This document shows positions 49,284 to 59,780 of a DNA stretch of 64,000 bases, piece by piece. Position 1 is the first letter of the stretch. The number at the start of each line of letters is the position of its first letter. The stretch lies in NCBI GenBank assembly GCA_046757025.1, contig JBHHXN010000004.1, positions 28,702 through 92,701 of the forward strand. Reading direction: 5' to 3'. The stretch comes from a bacterium (GTDB taxonomy: Bacteria; Zhuqueibacterota; Zhuqueibacteria; Oceanimicrobiales; Oceanimicrobiaceae). Under the pieces are notes generated by a model. That model was not told the DNA's origin. It saw only the letters and a list, made by a program, of their open reading frames with translations, and searched no databases. The position numbers were made by a program, and so were the translations under genes.

Positions 49284-52229
49284 ATGCAATTGATAGGTAA
49301 AACTGTTTCTCATTATCGAATTCTGGACAAACTCGGCGAAGGCGGGATGGGAGTGGTCTATAAAGCAGAAGACACCAGACTAAAACGCACCATCGCCCTC
49401 AAATTTCTGCCGTCGAATTTAACCCAGGACGATGACACCAAAAAACGCTTTATCACAGAAGCCCGCGCGGCTTCAGCATTAGAACATCCAACCATTTGCA
49501 ATATTCATGCAATCGACGAAACTGAAAAAGGCGAAACCTTTATCTGCATGGCGTACTATGAAGGCGAGACTCTCAAAGACAAGATCAAACGCGGACCCTT
49601 GCCAATTGCCGAGGCTGTGGACATCGCCATACAAATTGCTCGGGGGCTGGCAGCCGCGCACGAAGCAGGCATCATTCATCGGGACATTAAACCCGCCAAC
49701 ATCATACTAACCAAACGCGGGGAAGTTAAAATCGTGGATTTTGGTCTGGCAAAGCTAGCGGATCAACAGTTGACCCAGACTGACGCCGTCATGGGCACAG
49801 TCTCTTATTTATGCTTCGACCAGGCGCAGGGCAAAAAGGCAAATTATCAAGCAGATATCTGGGCACTCGGTGTAATTTTGTATGAAATGCTGACGGGCGA
49901 GCTGCCGTTTAAGGGCAAGCACGATCAGGTGGTGCTGTTTTCGATATTGAATGAGGAGCCACCGTCTTTGACAAGCATTCGATCTGAAGTACCAGAGGAA
50001 CTGGTAAGGATTGTGAATCACTGTTTGTCAAAAGAACCAACCAGGAGATATCAAAGTACGGATGCTCTGTTTGTGGATTTGACCAATTTGACGGGGCTAC
50101 CAGACAATCGTATCCGTACGAAACTCCTACAAAAACGGAATACATTGCTCATGAAGAATAAGTGGATTTTCGTGGCATTCCTGGCGGTTTTTGCAGTTTT
50201 GGCAACATGGTATGTCTTCAAGTCGAAGTCAGAATCATCGGTAATATCAACTCCCATCAAAGACAAATCGCTTGCGGTCATGTATTTCGACAATCATACC
50301 GAACAGGATGATCTCGATGACATGCTTGTAAGTATGCTTACCACAAATCTCTCGCGCTACGAAGAGCTTGAGGTGGTGAGCAGCCAGCGCTTGTTTGACA
50401 TTCTTAAATCGATGGGTAAGCAAAACCTCCCCCACATTGATAGAAGCGTGGCAAGCGAAATCGCGGATCGTGCGCGCGTCAAGACTATGTTACTCGGCAG
50501 TATCAACAAAATTGGGGAGAAATTTCGCATTGCTACTCAACTCTGCGATGTGACCACTGGCAATATTGTAGGGTCAGACAACGTTGATGGCAACAAAGTT
50601 GAAGACATCTTTGCAATGGTTGACCTGCTGACGCAAAATGTAGGACAGAGCCTGGAACTGATTCCGCCTGATGTTAAACGACAGCCATTTAAAATTTCTG
50701 ATATCACAACCAATTCTTATGAGGCATACAGTTTTTATCAAAAGGGAATCAGGAAACTCTGGGATTTAAACTTTAATGGAGCAGTTAATTATTTTGAAAG
50801 GGCTTTGCAAACAGATTCCACATTTGCGATGGCCCATCTCTATTACGCATACGAACGGGGATGGAGGGGACTTACACATCCCTCATGGGACCTTTCACCT
50901 TTTCGCAGGTCTCTGGAGTTGGCGGAAAAGTATTCACGAAAAACAAGCGCCCAGGAACGGCTCTACATTCTTGCCATTCAAGCAGCAATAAATCGAGATT
51001 TTCAAAAAGCGGAATCTCTATTTGTGGAATGTGTAAACCGCTATCCGAAAGAAAGAAATGCGGCTATCGAGCTTGCTAACATAGCGCGAATCAATGGCAA
51101 TCTTGACCGTGCGATTTGGGCGAGCGAACGTGTCCTGGAATTGAATCCGGCTTTCGGAACGGCTTACAATATCCTCGCTAACATTTATGCCGCACAAAAA
51201 GACTATGCGAAAGCCATCTCCGCGAGTAAAAAATATCGTGCACTGCAACCTGACGACTACCATCCTTATTATACCGCAAGCGAAATCCATGTTCAGGCAG
51301 GCCAACTCGATGAGGCACTGCGTATTGGCGAACAAGCCCTGCAAAAAAATCCCAAATGGAACGCGCTCTACCCGCAGGTAGGGCATACTTATCTATTTCA
51401 AGGTGATGGGAAAAAAGCGCGGGATTATTTTCGCCGTTCACAATGGAATCGTGTTGGTGAAGCCAGGCTCATGGGTTGGGCCGACGTTTATGAAGGGCAG
51501 TATAACGAGGCAGCCCGGCAATTCAGAAAAGCAGCAGACCTGTCATTTAAATTAGACTCATATCCGTGGAATGGAGTGTATGCCCTTGTGGAATTAGGGA
51601 AATTACGGGCAGCCCAAGGCAAGCACGACGAAGCCATGGCTGCCTTTTATGAGGCCGCAGAGGTCGCCAAGCCGATGCAAGACGTTCACAATTTTCAGGT
51701 TTGGTTGCAGTATTTATCGGGAAGCGCCCTGGTGAAGAAAGGAGCTATTCTCGAAGCACAAGTCAGAGCATTGCATATTCAAGAGATGGTTGAAAAAGAA
51801 CGCTATGACCGTTTCTATTTAAATTATTATAATTTATTGCTTGCAGAAATTTACATTAGTAAAAGTGAGGGCAAGACGGCACTGTCGGCGCTGGACAATT
51901 ACAAGTTAGCGGCTCATTATTCCCCTCGCGTTCGTACGCTACGAGCAGCCGCTCATGCGTTAATTGGCAATTATGAAGAAGCGATAAAGCAGTACCAGGA
52001 ATTTTACCATTTTGTCCCGGCTCGCATAAATGCATGGGGTGGCAACCGCTTCGACTTTTATTATGAACGTTCCAGAGTTAATTATCACCTTGCTAAGATT
52101 AACCAACAAATTGGCGATAATTCCCAGGCACTCGAATACTACCGAAAAGCGCTGAAACTCTGGAAAAACGCCGATGAAGACTTGCCAGAACTCATAGAAA
52201 CTAAAAAGCGAATAGCGGCATTAAGATGA
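49284..52229 (+). CDS. Membrane Ser/Thr protein kinase with TolB-N/FlgO-like and TPR extracytoplasmic domains
   Basis: GEGGMG, ALK, HRDIKPAN, DFG; TM; 'SLAVMYFDN'; multiple TPRs. Confidence 0.92.
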   Translation: MQLIGKTVSHYRILDKLGEGGMGVVYKAEDTRLKRTIALKFLPSNLTQDDDTKKRFITEARAASALEHPTICNIHAIDETEKGETFICMAYYEGETLKDKIKRGPLPIAEAVDIAIQIARGLAAAHEAGIIHRDIKPANIILTKRGEVKIVDFGLAKLADQQLTQTDAVMGTVSYLCFDQAQGKKANYQADIWALGVILYEMLTGELPFKGKHDQVVLFSILNEEPPSLTSIRSEVPEELVRIVNHCLSKEPTRRYQSTDALFVDLTNLTGLPDNRIRTKLLQKRNTLLMKNKWIFVAFLAVFAVLATWYVFKSKSESSVISTPIKDKSLAVMYFDNHTEQDDLDDMLVSMLTTNLSRYEELEVVSSQRLFDILKSMGKQNLPHIDRSVASEIADRARVKTMLLGSINKIGEKFRIATQLCDVTTGNIVGSDNVDGNKVEDIFAMVDLLTQNVGQSLELIPPDVKRQPFKISDITTNSYEAYSFYQKGIRKLWDLNFNGAVNYFERALQTDSTFAMAHLYYAYERGWRGLTHPSWDLSPFRRSLELAEKYSRKTSAQERLYILAIQAAINRDFQKAESLFVECVNRYPKERNAAIELANIARINGNLDRAIWASERVLELNPAFGTAYNILANIYAAQKDYAKAISASKKYRALQPDDYHPYYTASEIHVQAGQLDEALRIGEQALQKNPKWNALYPQVGHTYLFQGDGKKARDYFRRSQWNRVGEARLMGWADVYEGQYNEAARQFRKAADLSFKLDSYPWNGVYALVELGKLRAAQGKHDEAMAAFYEAAEVAKPMQDVHNFQVWLQYLSGSALVKKGAILEAQVRALHIQEMVEKERYDRFYLNYYNLLLAEIYISKSEGKTALSALDNYKLAAHYSPRVRTLRAAAHALIGNYEEAIKQYQEFYHFVPARINAWGGNRFDFYYERSRVNYHLAKINQQIGDNSQALEYYRKALKLWKNADEDLPELIETKKRIAALR

Positions 52230-52239
52230 AAGATCTTTT

Positions 52240-53754
52240 TTGATGTCAATGAAGGAAAAGTTAGAATCTTTGTTCGATTTTGCTGAAAGTCTGGGCTGCC
52301 AGAACGACTTCTCTGAAATCGTTCGTCTCATCGTACAAAAATCGCTGACGCTGATCGAGGCCGACGCCTCCGCCCTCCTGATCATCAATCCGCGCACCCG
52401 CGATACCGTCAAAACCATTTTTAAAAAAGAACCGCATTCTGAAAATCGTAAATACCAGACGATTCACACCAGTGTTTCGGGCTGGGTCATCAAGCATAAC
52501 GAATCATTCTTCAGCCAGGATATTCGTTCCGACGAACGCTTGAACAGAAGTCTCTTTAAGAACAGGCCAGTCAAAAGTGTTATCTGTGTGCCCTTGCGCA
52601 TGGAAAATATGGTCATTGGAACGTTGATCCTCTCAGGCAAACAAGAAGACCAACCGTTCAGTACAGATGATCTCAATCTTGTGGAAAAATTTGCAGCGGT
52701 TGTCTCTCCTTTTCTAAGAAATGTCATGCAACTGCAAGATTATTTTAGTTGTCCCATACCTGACAGTACCCTATTAAAAAAATACCAGGCGCATGGATTG
52801 TTAGGAAAAAGTGTAAAATTCATTGAACTTCTCAAGGCGGTCGATGCCGCATCGCGTTGCGATGTTCGGGTTTTGCTGGTGGGTGAAACCGGTACCGGCA
52901 AAGAGTTAATTGCCAAAGCGATTCATCGATTGAGCTCACGGACGCAAAATAAATTTGTAGCCATCGATTGCGGCGCCATTCCCGCCAACCTGATCGAAAG
53001 CGAGCTGTTTGGATACGTGAAGGGCGCGTTCACGGGCGCTGACCGCGACCGCCTGGGTTTGCTTGACGAAGCCAATGGCGGCACCCTTTTTATGGATGAG
53101 ATCGCTAACCTCCCCATGGAAATGCAAACCAAACTCATGCGATTTCTTCAGGAAGGAGAATTCAGGCCCATCGGCAGCAACCGAATGCACAAGGTAGACG
53201 CCCGGGTGATCTCGGCTTCCAGCAGCTCTCTTGAAAAAATGGTGACAGAAAAAAAATTCAGACCGGACTTGTTCTACCGTTTGAATGTGTATCCGATCCC
53301 GGTACCCGGCTTGAATGCACGTCGTCAGGACATCGCCATTTTAGCCAATCATTTTCTTGAAAAGTGTGCTAATCAACAAAAAAAAGCCATCACCAGCTTT
53401 CACGAAGAAATCCTGGATTATCTGAAAAATCGCACCTGGATTGGCAATATCCGTGAGCTTGAGAACATTGTCGAACGTCTTGTTACGGTTACACCCGCTG
53501 ACGTGACTGTCATCATTCCGAATCACCTGCCAACCGACCTTCAAAAAGAGTTTAACAAAATTGCCCAATCTGAAAAACAATATAATAATGAGACCTCTTT
53601 AGCCCTCAAGGTGGCCGATTTTGAAGAAAAGCAAATCCGCCAGTGTCTGGCTCAACACAACTGGAATCAATCGCAGTCAGCGCGGGTATTGAAAATATCA
53701 GAGCACACACTGCGATACAAAATGAAAAAGTTGAAGATTGTCAGACCTTCATGA
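52240..53754 (+). CDS. GAF-domain sigma-54-dependent transcriptional activator (Fis-type HTH)
   Basis: GAF domain; GETGTGKE, ESELFG, GAFTGA, FMDEI, FRPDLFYRL, GNIREL; C-terminal HTH. Confidence 0.95.
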   Translation: MMSMKEKLESLFDFAESLGCQNDFSEIVRLIVQKSLTLIEADASALLIINPRTRDTVKTIFKKEPHSENRKYQTIHTSVSGWVIKHNESFFSQDIRSDERLNRSLFKNRPVKSVICVPLRMENMVIGTLILSGKQEDQPFSTDDLNLVEKFAAVVSPFLRNVMQLQDYFSCPIPDSTLLKKYQAHGLLGKSVKFIELLKAVDAASRCDVRVLLVGETGTGKELIAKAIHRLSSRTQNKFVAIDCGAIPANLIESELFGYVKGAFTGADRDRLGLLDEANGGTLFMDEIANLPMEMQTKLMRFLQEGEFRPIGSNRMHKVDARVISASSSSLEKMVTEKKFRPDLFYRLNVYPIPVPGLNARRQDIAILANHFLEKCANQQKKAITSFHEEILDYLKNRTWIGNIRELENIVERLVTVTPADVTVIIPNHLPTDLQKEFNKIAQSEKQYNNETSLALKVADFEEKQIRQCLAQHNWNQSQSARVLKISEHTLRYKMKKLKIVRPS

Positions 53755-53918
53755 TTTAATTTCTTTCCATACTAAATCAAACCTGTAGATTCATATAAAA
53801 TAAAAAAAATCAATTAAGAATTTTGGATTGTTAGACCGCGCATTTCCTTTATGATTCTATTCTCTGTTCCAATCTATTCTGGTACTTCCCCATTCAATCC
53901 ATAAACTTTTTTTGTAAT

Positions 53919-54005
53919 TCGACAAAATCTCCGAATCCCAACAATCACGAGATTTTTGTCGAGTGCAACTGCATATTTTTCAACACTTGAAAAATTCGAC
54001 AAAAA
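53919..54005. promoter_or_regulatory. Candidate enhancer (UAS) repeats for the sigma-54 activator
   Basis: TCGACAAAATCTC (53919-53931) inverted to GAGATTTTTGTCGA (53949-53962); third copy AATTCGACAAAAA (53993-54005). Confidence 0.5.
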
Positions 54006-54113
54006 CTACCATTCCTTTTCATACCCAAAGAAATGCGTACTTTCGAAAAGTTTGAAACGATAATTTATTAATAAATTGACAGTTAGTTAAAGTAAAGATT
54101 CATGTTGATTATT

Positions 54114-54128
54114 TGGTATGTTATTTGA
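54114..54128 (+). promoter_or_regulatory. Candidate sigma-54 -24/-12 promoter
   Basis: TGGTAT-N5-TTGA, close to the TGGCAC-N5-TTGC consensus, ~60 bp upstream of the 54187 start. Confidence 0.45.
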
Positions 54129-54186
54129 ACAAAAGCCAAAGTAGGAAAAAATTATCTTATTTTGAAACGGAGAGAAGGAGAAAAAT

Positions 54187-55692
54187 ATGAGGAAAATGTT
54201 AACAATCGGTGTTGCCCTGGTGCTGTTTGTTTTGAATTCAGTAAATTCCCAAACAATTAATGAAATCAAACTCACAGCCAGCGATGGGTTGCCGGGAGAT
54301 GAGTTTGGAATCGCGGTGGCTACCACTAGCGACCACACAATCATTGGTTCGCCGGGCGATGCATTTCGACCTGCGGGTGTTTACATTTTTTCACGCTCGG
54401 GACAGGATTGGCTACAACAGACCAGACTCACCGCCAGTGCCGGCAGCGACGGAGATCGATTTGGCCAGGCTGTGGCATTGGATGGCGATTACGCCATTGT
54501 CGGTGCAAATGAAGATGAGATCGCAGGCAATTTCAGGCAAGGTTCTGCTTACATTTTCAAACGCGACGGTGCCAATTGGACCGTGCAAGTCAAACTCACT
54601 GCCAGCGATGGCCAGGCCTTTGCCTTCTTCGGTTTTTCAGTGGCCATAAACGGCAAATATGCAGCAGTAGGCGCTTACCATGCTGATGATGGAAAAGGAG
54701 CCGTTTATGTTTTCAAGCGCGACAACGCCAACTGGGTTGAACAAGCCAAACTCTCGGCTAGCGATGGCAAAGAGGGAGATCTCTTCGGCGTGTCTGTAGC
54801 CATTGCCGGCGATCGCTTAATCGCAGGCGCATATACCGACCTGAGTGCGGGCATTCAAGCGGGTTCAGCTTATATTTTCACACGTGAGGGCGACGTCTGG
54901 ATTCAAGAAGTCAAACTCTTAGCCAGCGATGGCGTGATGAACGATCATTTTGGCTGGTCGGTGGCGATAAATGGTGATCGAGTACTGGTAGGCACGCCCC
55001 AGACAGGCGGTAGCGGTTCCGGAAATGGCTCAGCTTATGTTTTTAAGTTCGACGGTACAAACTGGATCGAGGAAGGCAAACTGGCTCCCGGCGACGGCGT
55101 GTCAGGCGGCGAGTTTGCTTACTCGGTGTGCTTAGCTGGCGACTTTGCTTTAATCGGCGCACGCAGTGACAACGTCATGAGCGATGGCTCGGGCTCGGCT
55201 TACCTTTTTCAGCGGGATAATTCCGTATGGACTCAAGTTGCAAAACTCACAGCCAGTAACGGCGGTGCGGACCACTTCTTTGGCGGTTCCGTTTCCATAG
55301 CAGGTGACCAGGCGGTGGTTGGCGCATTTAACAGCGAAGACAACGGTGGCGGCCCGCAGGGATCGGCTTATGTGTACACCGGCTTCAGCACGGTGGTTGC
55401 GGTTGAAGAACAATTGTCAAACAATCCTGCGCAATTTCGTCTTGAGCAAAACTATCCAAACCCCTTTAATCCCAGCACCACTATTCAATTTTCTTTACCG
55501 GAAAAAAGTCTGGTTAGTCTCAGAATTTTTAATATTTCTGGACAGGAAGTTATTTCGCTGGTTTCAGAGAAACTCACAGCGGGCCAATACCAAATCGATT
55601 GGGACGCCAGCGGTCAGGCCAGCGGCGTTTATTACTACCAGTTGCAGACAGAAGAATTTTTACAAACCAAAAAACTTTTGCTGCTCAAATAG
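54187..55692 (+). CDS. FG-GAP repeat beta-propeller protein with T9SS type A sorting domain
   Basis: Repeats of KLTASDG..FG.SVAI.G..VGA..GSAY; C-terminal QNYPNPFNP..SGVYYY..KKLLLLK. Confidence 0.9.
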   Translation: MRKMLTIGVALVLFVLNSVNSQTINEIKLTASDGLPGDEFGIAVATTSDHTIIGSPGDAFRPAGVYIFSRSGQDWLQQTRLTASAGSDGDRFGQAVALDGDYAIVGANEDEIAGNFRQGSAYIFKRDGANWTVQVKLTASDGQAFAFFGFSVAINGKYAAVGAYHADDGKGAVYVFKRDNANWVEQAKLSASDGKEGDLFGVSVAIAGDRLIAGAYTDLSAGIQAGSAYIFTREGDVWIQEVKLLASDGVMNDHFGWSVAINGDRVLVGTPQTGGSGSGNGSAYVFKFDGTNWIEEGKLAPGDGVSGGEFAYSVCLAGDFALIGARSDNVMSDGSGSAYLFQRDNSVWTQVAKLTASNGGADHFFGGSVSIAGDQAVVGAFNSEDNGGGPQGSAYVYTGFSTVVAVEEQLSNNPAQFRLEQNYPNPFNPSTTIQFSLPEKSLVSLRIFNISGQEVISLVSEKLTAGQYQIDWDASGQASGVYYYQLQTEEFLQTKKLLLLK

Positions 55693-55722
55693 CCTATCAA
55701 AAAAAAAAGGGATGATTAAAAA

Positions 55723-56445
55723 ATGAAAACAAAAATAAAGTTCGCAAGCATTTTAACTTTTTTCCTGATGATTTCAGTGCCAGAAATCTATCCCCAAAAT
55801 CTTGATTTAAATCTCAACCTACTTTACGGCGTTCCAAAAAACGAGTTTTCAGATAATCTTGAAGGAGGTAGAGGATTTGGTCTGGCTGGCAGCCTTGGCT
55901 ACCACCTTGGAAACAGCCCATTGAGAGTGGGATTGGAGGTTGGTGCGCTGATTTACGGCAGCGAAACCCGCAAAGAACCTTTTCCGAATATCCCGGAGGT
56001 CACATTGGATGTTAAAACTTCCAACAATATTCTGCTTCTCCATCCCTTAATTCGCATTCAGGGCAAAAGTGGTTTCTTTCGGCCCTACCTGGATGGTCTA
56101 ATCGGCTGGCATTATTTTTTCACCAAAACCGAGATAAAGAGCGAGGATGATATCGATGAGGAGCCCATCTTCAGCTCCACGCAGAAAGAAGACTGGGTGT
56201 TTAGCTATGGTTTGGGAGGCGGCCTGATGATCCGGATAATAAACAAGCTCAACAAAGAGCAAAAGAGTGACTCGCAGGAAAAGGAGGTATTGTTGGATTT
56301 TCGTGTGCGTTATCTTTACGGCGGAAAAGCAGAATATCTTAAACAAGGCTCTGTTCGTCGTGAGAACGGACAAGTTTTTTACGATGTCTTGAATTCTAAA
56401 ACCGATATGCTGACATTTCAGCTTGGAGTGGTTTATACTTTTTAG
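55723..56445 (+). CDS. Outer membrane beta-barrel protein
   Basis: Signal peptide, amphipathic strands, C-terminal 'GVVYTF'. Confidence 0.75.
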   Translation: MKTKIKFASILTFFLMISVPEIYPQNLDLNLNLLYGVPKNEFSDNLEGGRGFGLAGSLGYHLGNSPLRVGLEVGALIYGSETRKEPFPNIPEVTLDVKTSNNILLLHPLIRIQGKSGFFRPYLDGLIGWHYFFTKTEIKSEDDIDEEPIFSSTQKEDWVFSYGLGGGLMIRIINKLNKEQKSDSQEKEVLLDFRVRYLYGGKAEYLKQGSVRRENGQVFYDVLNSKTDMLTFQLGVVYTF

Positions 56446-56518
56446 CGAGTAGAGAAGGCATGCATGCTATGAAAACATAAACAAAGTAGAAATGGAGATT
56501 AATTAAGGAGGGAAGTCA

Positions 56519-57829
56519 ATGAAATCACGAATTAAGTTATGGTCACCAGTTACTATCGTTTTGGTTCTGCTCTTTGGAAGGAGCTTGTTTTGCCAGACGG
56601 AATTTTGGGAAGAAACGGCTCAACCATCGACAAATCAAATTCAGGCGCTTGCGGTCAATCCAGACAACATTCTGTTTGTTGGCACATCTGGCAGTGGAAT
56701 TCTCCGCTCAACCACTAATGGCGACACCTGGACGGCGATCAATCAGGGACTTGTCCATTCAAACATCTTTCGCATTGCGATTAATTCGAGTGGCGACATT
56801 TTCATTGGGACTGATGAAGCTAAAATTTATCGCTCGACCAATAACGGCGACAGTTGGACTGAAGTTTATTCCGATCCAGTGCGTCCATTTGGAGTTGTCG
56901 CACTGGCAATTAATGGCAAAGGCAATATTTTTGCCGACGCCGGTGGAATCGTGCATTCGCCAGATAACGGTGAATCATGGGCAACCACTGATAATGACCA
57001 TCTGGCGGGTTATGTTTGGGAATTTGCCTTTAATGACAGCGACTATGTTTTTGCCGCTGTTGATAGACCAGGCTGGCTCGATGACGGGGTTTACCGATCA
57101 AAAGATGATGGCGAAAACTGGATTCGAATCAACGATGGTTTGCCGGAAGGTCCCGCATTAGACCTGGCCCTGAATAAAGAAGGAAGCATTTTTGTAGGAC
57201 TGGCTGGGATTAGCAGTCAGGGCCAGAACACCGATGTGCTGTATCACTCAAGAGACAACGGTGATTCCTGGTCCAAGGTTGATTTCCCCTGGCAATCGGC
57301 TATTGGAGATATCCTCATTAATTCAGATGACAACATCTTCATCGCTGTCTCCAATCACGGTGTTTATCGATCCGAAAACAACGGTCAATCCTGGTCAGAA
57401 GTCAACAATGGATTGCCAGACTCTCAAATATCCGTCCAGGTATTTACCATCAATAATCTAGGAGTTGTGTTTGCGGGTACGTGGACTGGGCGCGTTTTCC
57501 GCAGCCAGGTAAGCACGACAACGGTAGAGGGGTCTGGGAACGCAATTCCTAAAAGGATTGAGCTTGCCCAAAATTATCCCAACCCCTTCAATCCGGGAAC
57601 CACCATCCGCTTTCGACTTGCCCAAACCGGTCATGTCACGTTGACCGTTTTTAACATCCAGGGTTAGGTATCGGCTACGCTCGTGGATTCCAAATACCAG
57701 GCAGGTAATTACACGGTTCCCTGGGATGGTCGTGGCCCTAAAGGCAATTTACTGGCCAGTGGAGTTTATTTTTATCAATTGCGAACTGGCGAAGAGTTTG
57801 AAATTAGAAAAATGAGCCTGCTGCGTTAG
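56519..57829 (+). pseudogene. BNR/Ycf48-like repeat beta-propeller with T9SS sorting domain, interrupted by an in-frame TAG at 57665-57667
   Basis: S-x-D/N-G-x-S/T-W repeats; the CTD reads FNIQG*VSATLVD..WDG..SGVYFYQL..RKMSLLR to TAG 57827-57829. Confidence 0.75.
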
Positions 57830-57888
57830 CTACATTTCGCCAAGCGCAATTTAACGATTTTAGCATTTCAACAAAAGGAGGAACTAAA

Positions 57889-58338
57889 ATGAACAGAATA
57901 ATCAAATACTTAGCCACATGTGTCATGCTGACTGCCTGCTTATCCTGGCTTCATTGCAGCGACAATAATCCAACCAATCCAAACTCGGGGTTGGTTGGCG
58001 ATTGGGAACTGGTATCCAACACAGCGAAAGCCACGAACGCAACCGTCACCGCCGGTGAAATCATCGATTTGGGCGACGGTACCACGATGAAAATGACGGG
58101 TTCGGTTAATTTCACTGACAAAAATATCACCCTGTCCCTGACTGTTACCTGGACCTTTGCTGGAATACCACCGCAGACAGAAACCTTGTCCATCTCGGGT
58201 ACTTACACCATCGATGGCTCAACCATGACGATTGTGGAGGCAGGTACGCAAGAAACTGAGACCCTGACTTTTAGTCTAAACGGTAGTCGCCTGACACTTG
58301 AAAATGACGAACAAAAATCGGTGTTCGAGAAGAAGTGA
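57889..58338 (+). CDS. Lipocalin-like lipoprotein
   Basis: Lipobox-like Cys; 'LVGDWELVS', 'GTYTIDG'; AGGAGG RBS. Confidence 0.75.
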   Translation: MNRIIKYLATCVMLTACLSWLHCSDNNPTNPNSGLVGDWELVSNTAKATNATVTAGEIIDLGDGTTMKMTGSVNFTDKNITLSLTVTWTFAGIPPQTETLSISGTYTIDGSTMTIVEAGTQETETLTFSLNGSRLTLENDEQKSVFEKK

Positions 58339-58452
58339 TTGCATCTGCACGGATCTTAGAATGAGATTAATGAAAATGGTAACGAATAGAGCTAAAATAA
58401 TGGGTTCACACACAAAGATAAACTCATCGAAAAAAACTGGAGGAAAAACACC

Positions 58453-59286
58453 ATGAAACGAATAATCAATTTACTCATATTATTGCAAACCTTATCAGTC
58501 ATTTCAGCGCTGTCCGCGCAATCCCTCTGGGTTAATCATCTCCAAGGGAATTATTTCGCTTTAGAGATTTTTAAGCCCAACTTTGATTCGGATTTTATTG
58601 GTGAATCAGATCTGTCATTTGCAAGCTCGGTTGTCATTCTAACCGGGTGGTACGTGGTATCTGAGAATTTCAGGCTGGTGGGCGAGCTGCCATTCGCACA
58701 TGGCAGCATTGACGAAGTCGGTGAATCCGAAACGGAGACCATAATTGGCAACGTTTACATTGGTCTGGAATTTCGAAAACCCAATGCCCCGGTGTTCACG
58801 GAATTTGGCATCCGTCCTCCTTTGGCAGCAGAGGAAAAAATCATCGCCCCAATCATCGGCATCATTTCGGAATTTGATCGTCTCGAAGCGTTTTTACCAG
58901 ATATCATCACGCTTTCTGGTAAGGTCAATTACTATCAACAGAATTCTTCGAAAATGATTTTTTGGCTAAGAGGCGGTCCGACTGCCTGGTTGAACTCGGA
59001 TGATTTTGTTGGAGATGATTCTGAAATCTGGATGGATTACAGCGCACAAATCGGTTACGAAGGTGAGCAGTTCCGTCTCATGGGCGGTCTGACAGGAAGA
59101 ATGATCGTCACCCAGGATGGAATCGATTTTGGCGATCGCTTCATCAACCAGTTGACGGCTACGGCAAGCGCAAAACTTGGCCGGGTGCAGCCCGGCATTC
59201 TGTTTCGGCTGCCACTGGACGACGATTTTTTTCTTAATTTCGTCGATTTCATATTCGGTTTCAATCTTGGAGTTCAATTGCGCTAA
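58453..59286 (+). CDS. Exported hypothetical protein, probable outer membrane beta-barrel
   Basis: Signal peptide; alternating hydrophobic strands; GGAGG RBS. Confidence 0.65.
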   Translation: MKRIINLLILLQTLSVISALSAQSLWVNHLQGNYFALEIFKPNFDSDFIGESDLSFASSVVILTGWYVVSENFRLVGELPFAHGSIDEVGESETETIIGNVYIGLEFRKPNAPVFTEFGIRPPLAAEEKIIAPIIGIISEFDRLEAFLPDIITLSGKVNYYQQNSSKMIFWLRGGPTAWLNSDDFVGDDSEIWMDYSAQIGYEGEQFRLMGGLTGRMIVTQDGIDFGDRFINQLTATASAKLGRVQPGILFRLPLDDDFFLNFVDFIFGFNLGVQLR

Positions 59287-59342
59287 ACCAAGTTTCAGAT
59301 TTTTTTTTGTGTGCACCAAAAACATTAGTCGAGAGACAAGAT

Positions 59343-59741
59343 ATGATACTTAGATTGATGGCAGGTTTGCTGCTTTTCATCTGGACTGGCTGCGCGCCAG
59401 AAGTGCAATTTTTACAGGTTGGCGCCAACCGCTATCCACCCAAACCAGACGATTACGAGGTTCTGGTTTTTATCGAAGGCGACAAACCGCAGCGAGATTA
59501 CGAGGTTATCGGCATGGTATTCGTGGAGGGAGACGTGGATCAGGCTTATATTAAAAACGGAAAATCAGTGAATTTTGAAGGACAGGGCATCGTCGATCTT
59601 CTCAAAAAGGAGGCGAAAAAACACGGCGCAGACGCGATAATCGACGTCAGAATCAATCTGAACAGGCAGTTCGAAATTGAACCAACATTTGAATTAAACA
59701 CCAAAAGAAAAAGCAATGCCAAAGCCATCGTCTTCAAATAA
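59343..59741 (+). CDS. Small lipoprotein (YbjQ-like fold suspected), tandem copy 1
   Basis: WTGC lipobox; 'YEVIG.V.VEG..LLKKEAKKHGADAII'; probable start ATG 59343. Confidence 0.7.
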   Translation: MILRLMAGLLLFIWTGCAPEVQFLQVGANRYPPKPDDYEVLVFIEGDKPQRDYEVIGMVFVEGDVDQAYIKNGKSVNFEGQGIVDLLKKEAKKHGADAIIDVRINLNRQFEIEPTFELNTKRKSNAKAIVFK

Positions 59742-59780
59742 GAATGTCAGGTGATTCTGATTCGATCGAGGAGCAAAATT

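Noticed and set aside
409..57829. Genome-wide TAG reassignment to an amino acid
   Set aside because: TAG ends complete proteins here: nfuA, TolC, MMPL, the IPCT fusion, the FG-GAP CTD (KKLLLLK*), the barrel ending VVYTF* and the extended BNR gene.
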